From: Lama guanicoe
Taxonomy: Eukaryota
Assembly: GCA_013239625.1 (NCBI GenBank)
Contig: MU053810.1
Span: 4,992,071-5,056,070, forward strand
DNA length: 64,000 bases
Reading direction: 5' to 3'
Within the stretch, counting starts at the first letter, position 1; every line of letters begins with the position of its first letter. Below the pieces are notes generated by a model. It did no database searches. It was not told the DNA's origin and saw nothing but the letters and a program-made list of their open reading frames with translations. The position numbers and the translations under genes were made by a program. This document shows positions 50,935-64,000 of the stretch, piece after piece.

Positions 50935-51160
50935 GAGCAAATATTTGTATATTGCACATCACTGTGCTGATTAATGCTAAGTGCTAGGAGTTGTGCATAG
51001 ATACCTTATTTTTTTAAGCCTCACAATACTAGGAGATAAGCATTGTTTCCATTGAACTGAAGCTCAGAAAGGTTAAGCCCCTTGTCCACGGTTTACACTT
51101 AGTGATGGGAAATCTGGACTCATACGCAAGCCTGCCTGTCTGCCCATAACCTCCTGTGCT
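50935..51160 (-). mobile_element. MIR
   Basis: aactgaagctcagaaaggttaag..cttgtccacggtttacac. Confidence 0.7.
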
Positions 51161-52012
51161 AGTATTCTAGGCTGAGATGAAGAACAGGGTTTGTTCCGCT
51201 CCCTCATTTTAAGTATGAGTCCCAGGGAGGTAAAATGAGGTGTTGCTAGCACAGTAAATGGCGGTTCCAACAGCAGAGTGATTTCTAGTAAACCTGATAC
51301 CATCTGTTTCTTCAAAGGAAACGTCTTTCTCTGTTAGCTTATACACTTTAGGAAGCACATGCAGTCTAAGGGGCAATTCTGATGATGCTGGGGCTGGGAA
51401 GACAATGCCCCAGTTTGAGCCAGACAGGGTCGGATGAGGTAGATGGGTTATCATCTTGGAGCTGGAGGGGTGACCTGCCCCCTTGGGAGTCACAACCATC
51501 AAATGTGAGCAGCAGTGCGTTCTGGGGGCTGGGAACAAAGCCAAGGGCAAGATGGGGATGCTCAGAACCTCGGAGCCCACAGCTGGGAGCTCAGATGCAG
51601 GAGTCAGCTGAGCAGACAGAGTCTCTGTGGGCCAAGGCGAGATGGACAGAAACCGGCCAACCAGCCAAGACCCGCCTCAGCCCCCGAGGCCCCAGCACGT
51701 GCACAGCAGGTCCAGTCTGAAGGCCCCGCAGGGAGCTCCTGTGTGTGCCAGCCCCGGGCCAGAGCTTGATCACAGGTGTCAGCGTTCAAGGCCAGGGTGG
51801 ATTCCCTGTGAGTGAGCCTGTCCCGGCCCCTCCATGTGTAATTTGGGAACTATCACACTTGAAAGATAGCTGGTTTGTTTATTCCCGGAAACAAGGCAAG
51901 AATCTGTGTGATTGTTTTGAAAACATGCCTCATTTTCTACCTAGCACTGAGTTGATGGTCAAGACCATTGTTTCATTTAAATATAGAGTTATCCTCAAGA
52001 CACTTCACTGAT

Positions 52013-52270
52013 ATGTTTTTAATTGAAGCATAGTTGATTTATAATGTGTTTGTTTCTGACGTACAGTATAGTGATTCAGTTATAATACACACACACATTC
52101 TTTTTCATGTTCTTCATTATAGGTTATTACAAGCTATTGAGTGGAGTTCCCTGGACCTTGTTGTTTATCTCTTTTGTACTTAGTAGTTTGTACCTGCTAA
52201 TCCCAAACTCCCAGTTTATCCCTCCTCCTCCCTTTCCCCTTTGGTCACCATGTGTTTTTCATGTCTGTAT
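52013..52270 (-). mobile_element. Cetartiodactyl L1 3' end
   Basis: ttgaagcatagttgatttataatg..gtgattcagt. TSD ttcactgat at 52004-52012 and 52271-52279. Confidence 0.88.
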
Positions 52271-53304
52271 TTCACTGATTTTTAAAAGGCCAGTTTCTAG
52301 GCTAATAAAGGGCCATATGAAGTAGATGTGTACGGTTAAGGGCCAATGCCTAGTATAGACTGAATATTAAATGTTTGTTAAATTAATGAATCTATTTTTG
52401 ACACAGAAAGAAGGCCTATGCTTTGGGGACTCCATGGGGACACCTATGTAAACCCAAAGAAATGAGGAACTAACATGTAGGTGAAACACTGAGTGTATTA
52501 GGTAAGGGAGGAAACCATCCCTCTCTACAAAACTGAAACAGAGGCTGGCTGAGGGCAGCCCGTGGAGTGAGGGGAGGGGCTCTTGGCTGAGGGTCACTTT
52601 CCACCTTCCTGGAAAAGATGCCTCTCATCTTTTTTCACAGACCCCAGTGCAGCAAAGGATTTATTCAGCTGCCTGGAGTCTGTGTGTCCCAGCAGCAGGT
52701 TAGGAAATGAGGTAAATGTCAGATTATTAAATGCGGCACATGGGAGCATCTGCAACTGAGATTTTAGTCATCTTGACTCTGCCTTAAACACCCACACAAC
52801 AGAAGCAGAGCACAGGGTGCTGGCTGAGCGGGAGAGAAAAGCAGAGAAACTAGAAGAATCCTAGAAGATCCTCTGGTCTTTGTACCACACCCCCCTTCCA
52901 TTTTTTCCTTCTTCCCCAAGTCCTTTTCTCTTTATCTAAAAATGAGTCTCCCATCCCACTGGATGAGAACCAACACTTCTCTAGGCATGAGAGGGGATGA
53001 GCTAACTGCAAATTTCAAAACCTTTCATAGTAATACCGAGCTCAATTCCTTTCAAATTTCAATTCTAAAATGCCTCCTGCTGAAAATCTGGGAACTGAAA
53101 CCCAATCAGATTTTCACAGGATCAATTATTTAACATCTTTGAAGCAAGTAAATAAGAAATAAGTACACCTGTGATTTTTAGGACGCTCGGAGATGACAGT
53201 AGTTTTCTGTTCCTCTCACAACAGGAAATTTTAAAGTGACATAAACTGGAAATTCAAAGTCTTTCTGAAGAAATAATAATTTTATCTATCTATCTATCTA
53301 TCTT

Positions 53305-53822
53305 TCTATTTATAATTGTGGCAAAGAACACATAACAAAATTTACCATCTGAATCATTTTAAAGTGTACAGTTCAGTGGCATTAAGTACATTCATACTGT
53401 AGTGTAATGTCACCAACGTCCATCTCCAGAGCTCTTTCCAGGTTGCAAAACTGAAACTCTGTATCCATTAAATAACTCCTCATTCTCCTCCTGTCTCTCA
53501 CCCTCAGTCCCTGAGTCCCTGGCAACCACCATTCTACTTTCTGTTTCTATGAATTTGACTATCTTAGGTCCCTTGTATAAGTGGAATCATATTAGAAAAG
53601 TACTTTCTTTTTGCAGCTGGTTTATTTCACTTAGGACAATGTCCTTAAGACTTATCTATGGTATAGCAAGTGATAGGATTTCTTTCCTTTTGAAGGGTGA
53701 ATAATATTCCACTGTATGGATATACCACATTTTGTTTATCCATGCATCCATCAATGGACAACTGGGTTGCTTCCAACCCTTAGCTATTGTGAATAGTGCT
53801 GCTATGAACATGAATGTGCAAG
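53305..53822 (-). mobile_element. L1MB-type 3' end with (TATC)n at its tail
   Basis: acataacaaaatttaccatct..aagtgtacagttcagtggcattaagtacattcatactgt..ctggcaaccaccattctactttctg. Confidence 0.9.
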
Positions 53823-54104
53823 GAAATAGTAATTGCTCAACCTAGGGCACTGTGTTGCTCAGAGAAGAAAATGTGGATTTAAAGTTTCAGTGAGGAGTGG
53901 AAATGGGGAGGGGAGATACTGGTGACCCTTTGAAAGATCCTCAGCATTTGAAACTATGCCAACATCTCAAAGAATTTTGCTGAAGCATCTTCAAGTGTAT
54001 GTACTAGTTTCTCTTAAAAACAAATTATTTCAAACCAAATTATTTTCTTCTTGGGCTTGAGGACGGTATTTAGACTTTAACAAAATATTCAAGAATGGAA
54101 GATT

Positions 54105-54470
54105 GACACATGATATTACTTACATGTGGAATCTAAAAAAAAGATATAAATTCTATTTACAAACCAAAACCAGACTCACAGACATAGAAAACAAACTATG
54201 GTTTCTAAAGGGGAAAGATCAGGGAGGAATAAATTAGGGGTTGGGGATTAACAGACACACATCACCGTACACAAAATAGATAAACAACAAGGACCTACAG
54301 TATAGCACAGGGAACTACATTCAATTTCTTCTAATACCGTAGAATGGAAAAGAGTCTGAAAAGAAAAAATATATTTGTATTTATATGTATAACTGAATCA
54401 CTTTGCTGTACACCTGAAACTAACATTGTAAATCAATTACACTTCAATAACAATTTTTTAAAAAAGAATA
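54105..54470 (+). mobile_element. Cetartiodactyl L1 3' UTR
   Basis: tgtggaatctaaaaa..cagactcacagacatagaaaacaaact..tgtataactgaatcactttgctgtacacctgaaactaac. Confidence 0.92.
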
Positions 54471-56924
54471 AATATAAAAGAGGGAGTAGAAATATATGAA
54501 TTAAAACACTCTAAACCATCAAGTATTCAAGTGAACCATCCACTTATTAGGAAGCTAAGTAATTCCATGCAAAGCTAAGTGTAAAATAAGTTTTGTCTTA
54601 TCTATAACCAATACCAACCTATACTGGATGTCAACATCTTTTTTCTAAAATTCATTTTGGTATTCTTAAGTATCTGGAGTCAATTATTACCTCATCTGCC
54701 CAATTTGATTACAGTGTATTTTTTTTTAACTCCTGGGGTATTTTTTTTCCCCAGAAAAATGAAAACACAAACAAGTAGAAAAAAGGGGCTAGAGCTAATG
54801 GTAATCTTTTCTTCTGCCTGAAGAAACAATAGTAGAAAATTTTTAAAAAATCTTATTTAAGTGAATGTAGTCCCTATTGCAGGCAACAAGTCTATTCTCC
54901 CCACGCCCTATTTGAAGATTAATAAAAGACTAGACTAAAGCATTAAACATTAAAAAATTTAGAGGCATGTTTCAAGAACCTTTAGTTGTGAGAATATCAT
55001 GCATCGTTTATCTCTGTCTGAAGGACTGTGAGTCAGAAAGGATGTGAAAAACATCTGGGTAGAAAACAATAGCGTATCTAGAGATCCATTTCACAATGTC
55101 TGATCTTTATCTTCTTTTTAGTGGTTGTCAAAGAGACTAAAAATTTGCAAAATCCAAAATCCCCTAAAATACAGATCTGCATGTGACATGTACAGGACCC
55201 ATGTTTTGCTGTCTTGTCATTCATTCACAATTATTTTCAGTTCTCTTTTTTCAAAGTTGGCCCAACCCAGAACGAATTAGTAGAAGAGATTTAGGAACTG
55301 ATCCTTATAAAAATTTATTGTGCAATATTAGACCAAATTTCTGCCCGTGTTAATCTTTAGGAAAAAAAAAATTAAGATGCCAGAGTTAGACGACATGAAC
55401 AGAGTGACTTAGAGAAAGACGGATGTCTGCCAAATGCAGAAACATGCTGTCCAGAAAAATCACTGATTGTAAAGGACATCCTCTCTCTTTATGTAAGTGA
55501 CCAGATGTTGCTGAATTGAATTCTAAAAAGAAAAAAAAAAAAGCTGGTGAGTCATAGCGTGCAGACACAGTTAAGCAAAGTTTAGCAGCTCTTTTAATTA
55601 AAGCACCTTGTGGTATGTGTAATGAACTCTGTAACAAAATGAGAAAATGCAGATTCTCTGCCTAACGGAAATTTAAATTTAAGTATTCAAAATACTATTT
55701 AAGCCACAAGGATCTTGAAAATAATGCCATTTGAATGCCATTGAAAATAGATGCCGTTTAAGTGAACAAGCGGTTAAATATACAGTGTGTGATTAAAAAA
55801 ACGATGTTAGGGCCAACCAATCTAAAAATGTCTTGGGAGACATTTGGCTTTCAATAATAATCCAAAGGATCACTTTGTTCATCAAGTGTGTACTGACACG
55901 GAGAAATTCACGTGCATGTATATTTTAAACACCAGAGAAAAATGCCTTTTATATGTGCCCATTTAGAACATCTTAATAGCTTCATATAATCTGAAAGGCT
56001 TTGGGAGGTCTGGGCTGTCATTCCTGTGACCCTCTACTTTCCTCTGCATCATTATGACTCATAGTGCAGCTTGGAGAAATTTTTTTTTTTTAATGTCACA
56101 GTTTAGTATTAGTGTCTGACTAGTCAGAGAATTGAGAAAATGTCCTTCTTACAAGGGAATAAATCCAGATGCCACTTTAAGCCATGCCTTTTCTTTCATT
56201 CCATGGAGACTGGGAACCCTTGGATTTGATTTTCAGGAGTTCAGCCCTTACCTCCTACACATTTGAATGAAACCCTAACAATCCCAAACCTTCCCCCAAG
56301 CCCGGGATTTCCCTCTAAGCTCCTTTATTCTGTCTTTAGAGACATAATATCACTTTCCCTTTTTGCAGCTTTCTGATCCCTTCTTATCCCCTATCTTGCT
56401 TTTTAAAACGTGTTATTCCCAGAACTAGTGCTGGCACACTGGCAAGAGTCAAATTAGTTCTTGGGGCCACAGGACAAAACAGCTTTATTAGCCCCACTCC
56501 ATGAGATCAGTAGACATTTATCAAATGTCTCCTGTGTATCCATCACTTCGTAGGCACTGGGGACAAAGATGAAATGATACAGTTATTGCTTCTCTATCAT
56601 TTCTGGGAGTGTCTCCACAGTTGAATGTTTATCTCTTGGGATGGATACACATGATTCATGAGGGCGGACAGAAAATACTAAAACTTCTATTTATGTTTCT
56701 TAGTTTAAGTCTAAAAATAAGAAGCTAAGCCTTGCTAGTGTGTGACATGCTCACTGCCATGGGAGCCCTCACTTGGCACCTATGTCAGATGTCATATGTC
56801 AGGTACAGTATATAAAATATCTGGAACCTATAATGTCAAAGGGTTGACAATACAATGACATACAATACTGTGTCACATGTGATGTTTCTGGTTAAATTGA
56901 TTTGGGATTGCATTACCTAGTTTT

Positions 56925-58075
56925 ATTTTCTCTAACAGCTTTATTGGGATATAATTGATATGAAATAAGCTGCTCATATTTAACATCTACAATTTGGTCA
57001 GTTTTAACGTATGTATGTAACCATGAAGCCATGCCCGAATTCAAGATAATTTGACACTGACAAAATTTCCTCCTGTCCCTTCAAAATCTTCTCTTCTCAC
57101 CCCTCCCTGCCTTTGCCTTCCCAGCACCTGTCCCCAGGCAGACACTGATCTCCTTTCTGTGACTATACATTGGTTGGCATCTCCTAGAATTTTCTGTAAA
57201 TGAATCACACAATAGTCCTTTTTTTTTTGGTCTGGTTTCCGTCACTCAGCATAATTATTTTAAGATTCATTTATGTTTTAAAATGTATACTAGTGCATTC
57301 TTTCTTATCGCTGAGTGGTATTCCATTGTATGAATATATCTAAATTCTATTCTCTATTCACCTATTGATAAACATTTGGAAGGTTTCCAGTTTTGTCTAT
57401 TAAAAATAAAGCTGCTATGAATATTTTCAGATGTGAAAGCAATCTTGCCATCTTGGGATAACCCTCACTAGATCATGATGTATTATCCTTTTTACATATT
57501 GTTGAATTCAATTTACTTAAGTTTTGTTTAGAATTTTTTGCACCTATGTTTATGAGAAGTATTCATCTGTAGTTTTTTTCCTTAATATGTTTTTGTCTGG
57601 TTTTTGTACCAAGATAATGTTGACATCATAGAATCAGTTGAGAAGTAGTCCTTCTTCAATTTTCGGGAAGAGTTTGTGTATAGTTGGTATTATTTTGTCC
57701 TTAAATGTTTGACAGCACTCACCTGGGAAGTCTTCTGGACACAGAGTTTTCTCTATGGGATGTTTTTTAAGTACAGATTAAATTTCTCCAGTGACTACAG
57801 AGCTATTCGGATTATTTATTTCCTCTTAAGAGGGAGTTCGAGTCTGTACATTTCACCTGACATCAAATTTATAGGCATATGAAGTTATTAATATTTCCTT
57901 ATTGTATATGTGGGAATCTATAGTAATGTTGGTTCAATTATTCTTGATATTGGCAATTTGTATCTTCTCTCTTTTTTTCTGGTTAGTGTAGCTATGTTTT
58001 ATCAATTTTATTGATCTTTTCAAAGAACCAGTTTTTTTTCATTGATTTTCTCTATTGATTTTTGATTTTCCGTAT
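56925..58075 (-). mobile_element. Old L1M 3' end plus ORF2 fragment
   Basis: acagctttattgggatataattgata..; tgggataaccctcactagatcatgatgtattatcc..; ttgatcttttcaaagaaccag. Confidence 0.8.
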
Positions 58076-58299
58076 CACTGGTTTCCACTCTCCACCCAGG
58101 ACCACCTCCTTCCCTCACCTTCTGCTCACCTGGTTGAGCACAGACCAGGGCTCACACATTACCAGCCCAAGTGGCTGTCCGACCCAGGGAGATACAAACT
58201 CTCAAGCCAAATAACTAGATGCCTGATCAGTACAATGATTATGACTATACATATTATAAGGGAAAAACTATGCTGAACAATGTTTACCATCTGAAGGAG

Positions 58300-59640
58300 A
58301 ATCATTGAATTACATGGACCAGAAATTTAAAATAAGCAAGATAAGTTTACTTTCAAAGATGAGGGAATATAATGCATAACGTAAGTCAATAACAAGAAAT
58401 CATTTGTAAAGACCTGTATTAGAGATTAAAAATACAATGGTTATGACAAAGAACACAGTGAATGAGAAGGACAGCAGGTGGCTGTGGCGGGACAATGCAG
58501 CAGGGAGGGGCAAGGCCGTTGTGAGCAACTTTCCCAGAACACAGCAGGAAAGGACACAGAGTCAAATTATAAAAGTCTAGGAGGGCCCAGTGCTTCCATC
58601 AGGAGAGTGGGGCTCCTGCGAGAGAGAAAAAGAAAAGGAGATTTGAAATAGTTGAAGAAATAATGAAAACCAATTTCTCAGAACTGAAAAAAGAGACAAA
58701 AAACTTTCAGACTAAAATGTCCAAGAGCACCAAACAGGAGAGAGAAAGCAAGAGGTTTCTCAAAGCTTCTGGAGATAGAAAGCAAATTCTCTCCAAAGAA
58801 ACAGAGATCAGACTGACGTCCCACTTGTCCACAGCGACCGGGATGTAAGAAGATGGACCAATCGTACGTGGTAAAATATTGAAAGGAAAGAACTTTAAAC
58901 CTAGGATTTTACACCCAGCCAATTTTTCATTCAAATCTGAGAACACAGTAGAAAATATTCACAGGCATACAAAGCCTTAGAAGGTTTATCATAGAAAGAC
59001 CACGTTGAAAACATCCTTGAAAGAAGTATTCAAACAAGAAGAGAAACAAAGCCAGGATGTACAGGGCTACATAGTAAAGGTGATCAGACACCTTGGTAGA
59101 ATTTACGGTGTGTTAAAAAAAATAAAATTACTAGGAATAAATAATAAAAAAAAAAATGATACACACAATAACTTAGAACTAAAACTCTGGACACTAAGGG
59201 GATGATCATATGCATAGTGTTTAACTTCCTTGGGGAAGATAGACATTAAGAAAATTCTAAAAATTTTGAACATGAGCATGGGTCTTAGGTTAAGGCCAGC
59301 AACCATGAGAATGAAAATAGAAGATATAACTTTCAAACCAGCATAAGAAATAAATCTAGCCAAAGAAATTCATGAAGCAGAGAAAAAAAAAGTACTACAA
59401 AATAAAAAATAAGATCTAAAAAGGCAGAATTTAAGTCCTAATTTATCAGTATTTACAAGAAATGTACTTAGACTGAAATCTGTAACTTTACAGAGATTTA
59501 TCAGGAAACAAAAAGTTTAAAAACCAAAAAAACAAATAATTCAACTCAAGTAGATTTTATTTTATTTTATTTTATTTTATTTTTCAGAGATAACAATAGA
59601 ACATGAAACAGAGCATAAAAGAATAGAAGTATCTTTCAGT
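58300..59640 (+). mobile_element. HAL1/L1 ORF1-like element
   Basis: ORF 58663-58848 reads NFSELKK..LKASGDRKQILSKETEIRLTSHLSTAT. The following aaacctaggattttacacccagccaa encodes PRILHPA, as in the ORF1p C-terminal domain. Confidence 0.8.
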
Positions 59641-59654
59641 CACAGTTCTTAGAA

Positions 59655-59896
59655 CAGAGGTTGGTCAACTTTCTCTGTAAAAGGCTACTGAGTAAATATT
59701 TTTGAGTCGGTAGGCCACATATGGCGTCTATTGTATACTTTTTCTTCCTTTCTCTCTCTGTCTCTCTCTTTCTTTCTTCTTCTTCTTTTTTTTTACAACC
59801 CTATACAAATGAAAAATCACTCTTTGCTTGCAGGCCGTATAAAAACAGGGGCTGTGGGCTGGATTTGGCCAGGGGGTTATACTTTGTCCATCCCTG
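59655..59896 (-). mobile_element. MER58 (B/C-type) hAT MITE
   Basis: cagaggttggtcaactttctctgtaaaagg ... ggatttggcc..tttgtccatccctg. 8-bp TSD tc(t/c)tagaa at 59647-59654 and 59897-59904. Confidence 0.88.
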
Positions 59897-59929
59897 TCCT
59901 AGAAGCAGACCTGGAGAGGATGATTCAGG

Positions 59930-60220
59930 TACATTCACTCTTTGGTGGTGTGTTGAGGGAGTGCTCCGAGGAGAAAAAGTGATGAAGGCAGGCCAGGACA
60001 GAAGCTAAGCAAGGATGTGAAAGCTTCAGTCCGATCCCACAGGGAGTTCTGGAGCTTGAACTGCACCACAGAGAGTCCCACTTGGCCTTCCGTGGTGCTC
60101 CCGTCTGTAAGTCATTGGCTGTGACTACCTTAGGGAGGGTGTATGCATCCATCTCCAGGAAGCAGAGAAGCTGTAGCAGCCAATACTCATGGGATCTGGA
60201 GGATGTGTAGAGCCTGGAAA
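59930..60220 (-). mobile_element. ERVL LTR16-like fragment
   Basis: gatcccacagggagttctggagcttgaactgcaccacagag..gtcattggctg. Confidence 0.55.
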
Positions 60221-60301
60221 AAATGGATCCGCTAGAAGATTAACAAAACTAATGTGGTTTCTTTGGGGCAAAACAATAAAAGGTTATTAGAAGCAAATAA
60301 A

Positions 60302-60400
60302 GTTTGTATACATGTAATTGAATCACTTCACTGTACACCTGAAACTAACTTTGTAAATCAATTACACTTCAATAAAAAATTTAAAAAGCCAATAAAAGAA
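60302..60400 (+). mobile_element. Very short cetartiodactyl L1 3' tail
   Basis: tgaatcacttcactgtacacctgaaactaac. TSD aagcaaataaa at 60291-60301 and 60401-60411. Confidence 0.88.
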
Positions 60401-60673
60401 AAGCAAATAAAATATGGAACAAAGAAAAGAAATCACTATATACTTTGAGATTTTAAAAAAGTAGTGCAAACTTCAGTATACAGAGAATCCCTATCTTATA
60501 CAAGTTGTTCTAGAAAACACAAAAAAAATGTGAAAGCTGATGTCATTTTTGAAGATAGAATAATTCTGATTCCAAAACCAAATAGGGATAATAGAAGAAA
60601 AGAAAATTATAGGACCATTTCATATTTAAACATAGGTGCACAAAAATAACTAATGAAATCCAGTTGTATAATT

Positions 60674-60903
60674 ACCCAGAGGTCAGTGCGTAGGGCTGAA
60701 AATTCCAACCCTCTAATCACTTGCTCTCTGGGGCTCTCTACTCCAGTACAAGTCACCTCATTAGCATAAACTCAGGTGTGATCAGAAGAGGTTTGCTATG
60801 AATAACAAAAGACATCCCTATCACTTCGGAAATTCCAAGGGTTTTAGGAGCTCTGAGTCAGGAAGCAGGGAAAAAGACCAAATATACTTCTTATCACACC
60901 ACA
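60674..60903 (-). mobile_element. MER21-type LTR fragment
   Basis: gggctgaaattccaaccctctaatcac..gtcacctcattagcataaactcaggtgtg..ggaaattccaagggttttaggagctctg. Confidence 0.8.
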
Positions 60904-61471
60904 CCATCTTTTCTTACCCTCACCTGCTGTCATCTGTCAGTCTGCAGACACACTTTCTAGTGCCCACGAACGTAGTCCTGTGTACTGAGTACTGACTCAG
61001 CAGTCCAATAGCACCGTTTCAATTTTGGGCTTTATACAAAGTTGTGTGATGCTGGGTAAGTGATTTAATCTCTTGGATGCTCATTCCCTTATCTCTAAAA
61101 TGGAGATATCAATTCCTACCTCTGAGTTTTGTGCTAAATATTACACCGAGTTATTGTCAGGTTTTTGTATAGTTCATGAGCCGCAGTAGTTGCAGTCACA
61201 TCTTTCATGACATGTCAGCACACCCAGTGCCTGGGCTTGAATCTTTCACAACGTGCTTTGTTATGCTCATGACAAATCTCTTTTGAATACAACTATAAGG
61301 ATTTGTGCTATCACCCAGTAGCTATGTCATATAAGTCATTTTCTCCGGCTGTTGATGAATATTTTTCATGTGGCAGAACCAAAATCCTTGTTAAAGATAA
61401 GACAAATTACATCAGTTTCTTTTTCCGGTCTACCAATTCTGTCATTCAATATTAGGAGATCACATAAATCA

Positions 61472-62252
61472 AGGCTTAAAGACTTAAACATTAAGACAAG
61501 ACACTATAAACCTCCTAGAAGAAAACATAGGCAAAACATTCTCTGACATAAATCTTAGCAATGTTCTCCTAGGGCAGTCTACCCAGGCAATAGAAATAAA
61601 AGCAAAAATTAACAAATGGGACCTAATTAAACTTATAAGCTTTTGCACAGCAAAGAAAACTATAAACAAAACAAAGAGACAATCTATAGAATGGGAGAAA
61701 ATATTGGCACGTGATGCAACTGACAAGGACTTAAATTCCAGAATATACAAACAGCTCACACAGCTCAATAACAAAAAATAAACAACCCCATCAAAAAAAA
61801 TGGGCAGAAGACCTAAACAAGCAGTTCTCCAATGAAGACATACATATGGCCAATAAGCACATGAAAAATTCTCAATATCACTAATTATCAGAGAAATGTA
61901 AATCAAAATTACAATGAGGTGTCACCTCAGACCAGTCAGAATGACCATTATTCTAAAGTCCACAAATGACAAATGCTGGAGAGAGTGTGGAGAAAGGGGA
62001 ACCCTCCTACACTGCTGGTGGGAATACAGTTTAATGCAGCCAGTATGGAAAACAGTATGGAGTCTCCTTAAAAATCTAAAAATTGACTTACCATATGATC
62101 CAGCCATCCCCTCCTGGGCATGTATCTGGAGGAAACTCTAACTCAAAAAGACACATGCACCCCAATGTTCATAGCAGCACTATTTACAACAGCTAAGACA
62201 TGGAAACAACCTGAATGTCCATTGACAGAGGACTGAATAAAGAAATGTGATA

Positions 62253-62291
<39 letters not shown>

Positions 62292-62800
62292 GGAATACTA
62301 CTCAGCCATAAAAAGAGTAAAATAATGCCATTTGCAGCAACATGGATGGACCTGGACATTGTCATACTAAGTGAAGTTAACCAGAAAGAGATAGAAAAAT
62401 ACCATATATTACTTATATGTGGAATCTAAAACAATAAGACAAGTGAACAAAACAGAAACAAGCTCACATAGAAAGCAAGCTTGTGGTTACCAGGGGTAAA
62501 GGATGGGATGGGGATGGATAAATTGGGAGTTCAAGATTTGCAGATACCACCATATAGAAAATAGATGAACAGCAAGGTCCTACTGTATAGCACAGGGGAC
62601 TATATTCAATGACTCTGAGTAACTTGTAATGAAAAATAATATGAAAAGGAATATATATATAATATATATAAGTTATATATATATATGTATATATGTTATA
62701 TATAAAATATATATATATGTAACTGAATCATTATGCTATACACCAGAAATGAACACAGTGTAGACGAACTACACTTAAATTTTAAAAATTAATAAAAATA
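61472..62800 (+). mobile_element. 5'-truncated camelid L1 (ORF2 C-terminus + 3'UTR) with internal (CA)n at about 62254-62288
   Basis: ORF 61914-62141 reads [36 protein letters not shown] (ORF2 C-terminal CCHC region). Candidate TSD ataaatca at 61464-61471 and 62802-62809. Confidence 0.95.
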
Positions 62801-63384
62801 GATAAATCAGAGCAGTTTTCATTGTAAAATCCTGTAGGTTAGTACTGAGTAATCTGTTGTTTAAAAAATGCATTAATTGATTTGGTGAGTACTATTTCTA
62901 GTATAATATATATAAATATATATATTAGTATAGTGTTTTAAGCCCCATCCTGAATCAGTATCTTGGCCAAATTATTATATAATTTTTTCATATAAAATTG
63001 GAACTACTAAAATTTCAGTATGAATTTACATCTATAGTACACTTGGCAAGCAAAAACTATTTTACTATGTTTTTTGTATTTCAAACTTAAGCATCTTAAT
63101 AGAAATAAAACTGCTCTCTCAAAGTCTTCTTAATCTAAATACTATCAGTGGGAAGATGGGTCTTTCCATCTTTGTAGTCAAGGTGTGCTACTGTCTGCTG
63201 TTCTTCTCATCATCTCGTATTTCCCATGTGGCCAGATGGTTATTTTGTAACCTTTAAAAATCTATGCAAACAGGCATGTTTCAATTATGCATTATGGCCA
63301 CTGAATCATTAATTCCTTCACTCATCTTATTAGTAGGGAAATGTTCAGGCTACATAGGCTTTTAGTGGCAGGTTTCATTTTCAG

Positions 63385-64000
63385 GTTTCTGAAGATGGCC
63401 ATAGCGACATTTACCCCATCGCAGTTGATCTTCTTACAGTAGGATGCTGCTATACTTCCACCGAGTGACGGCAGTCTCTGTTGCCATCCCTTGAACTCGG
63501 ACAAATCTCTGTATCTCTTTGACTAACAGAACACAGTGGGAGTGAGCCTGTCATGTAAGAAGCAATGTGGCTTTCACCCGCTTCTGTCTGTTTCTCTGTC
63601 TACACTTGCCTTGGGAGCCCCAGCGCCACGTTTTGAGGAAGCCCAAGCACACAGAAGAATCCCAGCCTCAGCTGAGGTTCCAACCAACAGCCAACACCAA
63701 CCACCAGACAGGCCTTCAGATCGGAGCGACGACACACAGAACTTTCTGTGAGCATGGAAATTTTCTGTTTTTGCTAAGATGAGGCTCTTGAGCAATGGTA
63801 ATATAGCTAGTGTGAATGAGGAAGTGAATTTTAAATTTGATTTGACTTTAATTTAAATATAAATAACATGTGTGCTACCACCTTGGATGGTTTAGTCCTC
63901 AACCTTTGAATCTTCCTGCTAAAGCAACAAACATCGTGGAGCAGAAACAAGCCAGCCCCACTGTGCTCTCCCTATATTCTTAAGTCTTGGGAGCATGAAT
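63385..64000 (+). mobile_element. MaLR LTR (MLT1E-G-like) with a nested MER3 (about 63730-63895)
   Basis: tgaggaagcccaagc..acagccaacaccaaccaccagaca; MER3 agaactttctgtgagcatggaaat..tagctagtgtgaatgaggaagtgaatttt; the LTR resumes at catcgtggagcagaaacaagcc. Confidence 0.75.

Overview
Mammalian, repeat-rich non-coding DNA, almost certainly from a camelid (camel, alpaca or llama). The species call rests on four tRNA-derived Vic-1-type SINEs and many cetartiodactyl-type L1 3' ends. I found no intact protein-coding gene, RNA gene or CRISPR array, and the listed ORFs are repeat-derived or chance ORFs. The main non-repeat discovery is a heavily decayed, intronless Makorin (MKRN; C3H zinc fingers plus RING E3 ligase) pseudogene on the minus strand at about 42.86-44.01 kb. 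It is visible only by stitching motifs across frameshifts, and the ORF track misses it. The rest of the window is ancient eutherian repeats (HAL1, L1M, L2, L3, MIR, MLT1/2, MER2B/3/5B/53/58), two lineage-specific solo LTRs, a series of young L1 3' tails with target-site duplications (TSDs), local tandem duplications, microsatellites and a few candidate regulatory motif clusters. Repeat subfamily names and MKRN1 reference motifs come from remembered consensus sequences, not from a search. Boundaries of old repeats are approximate.
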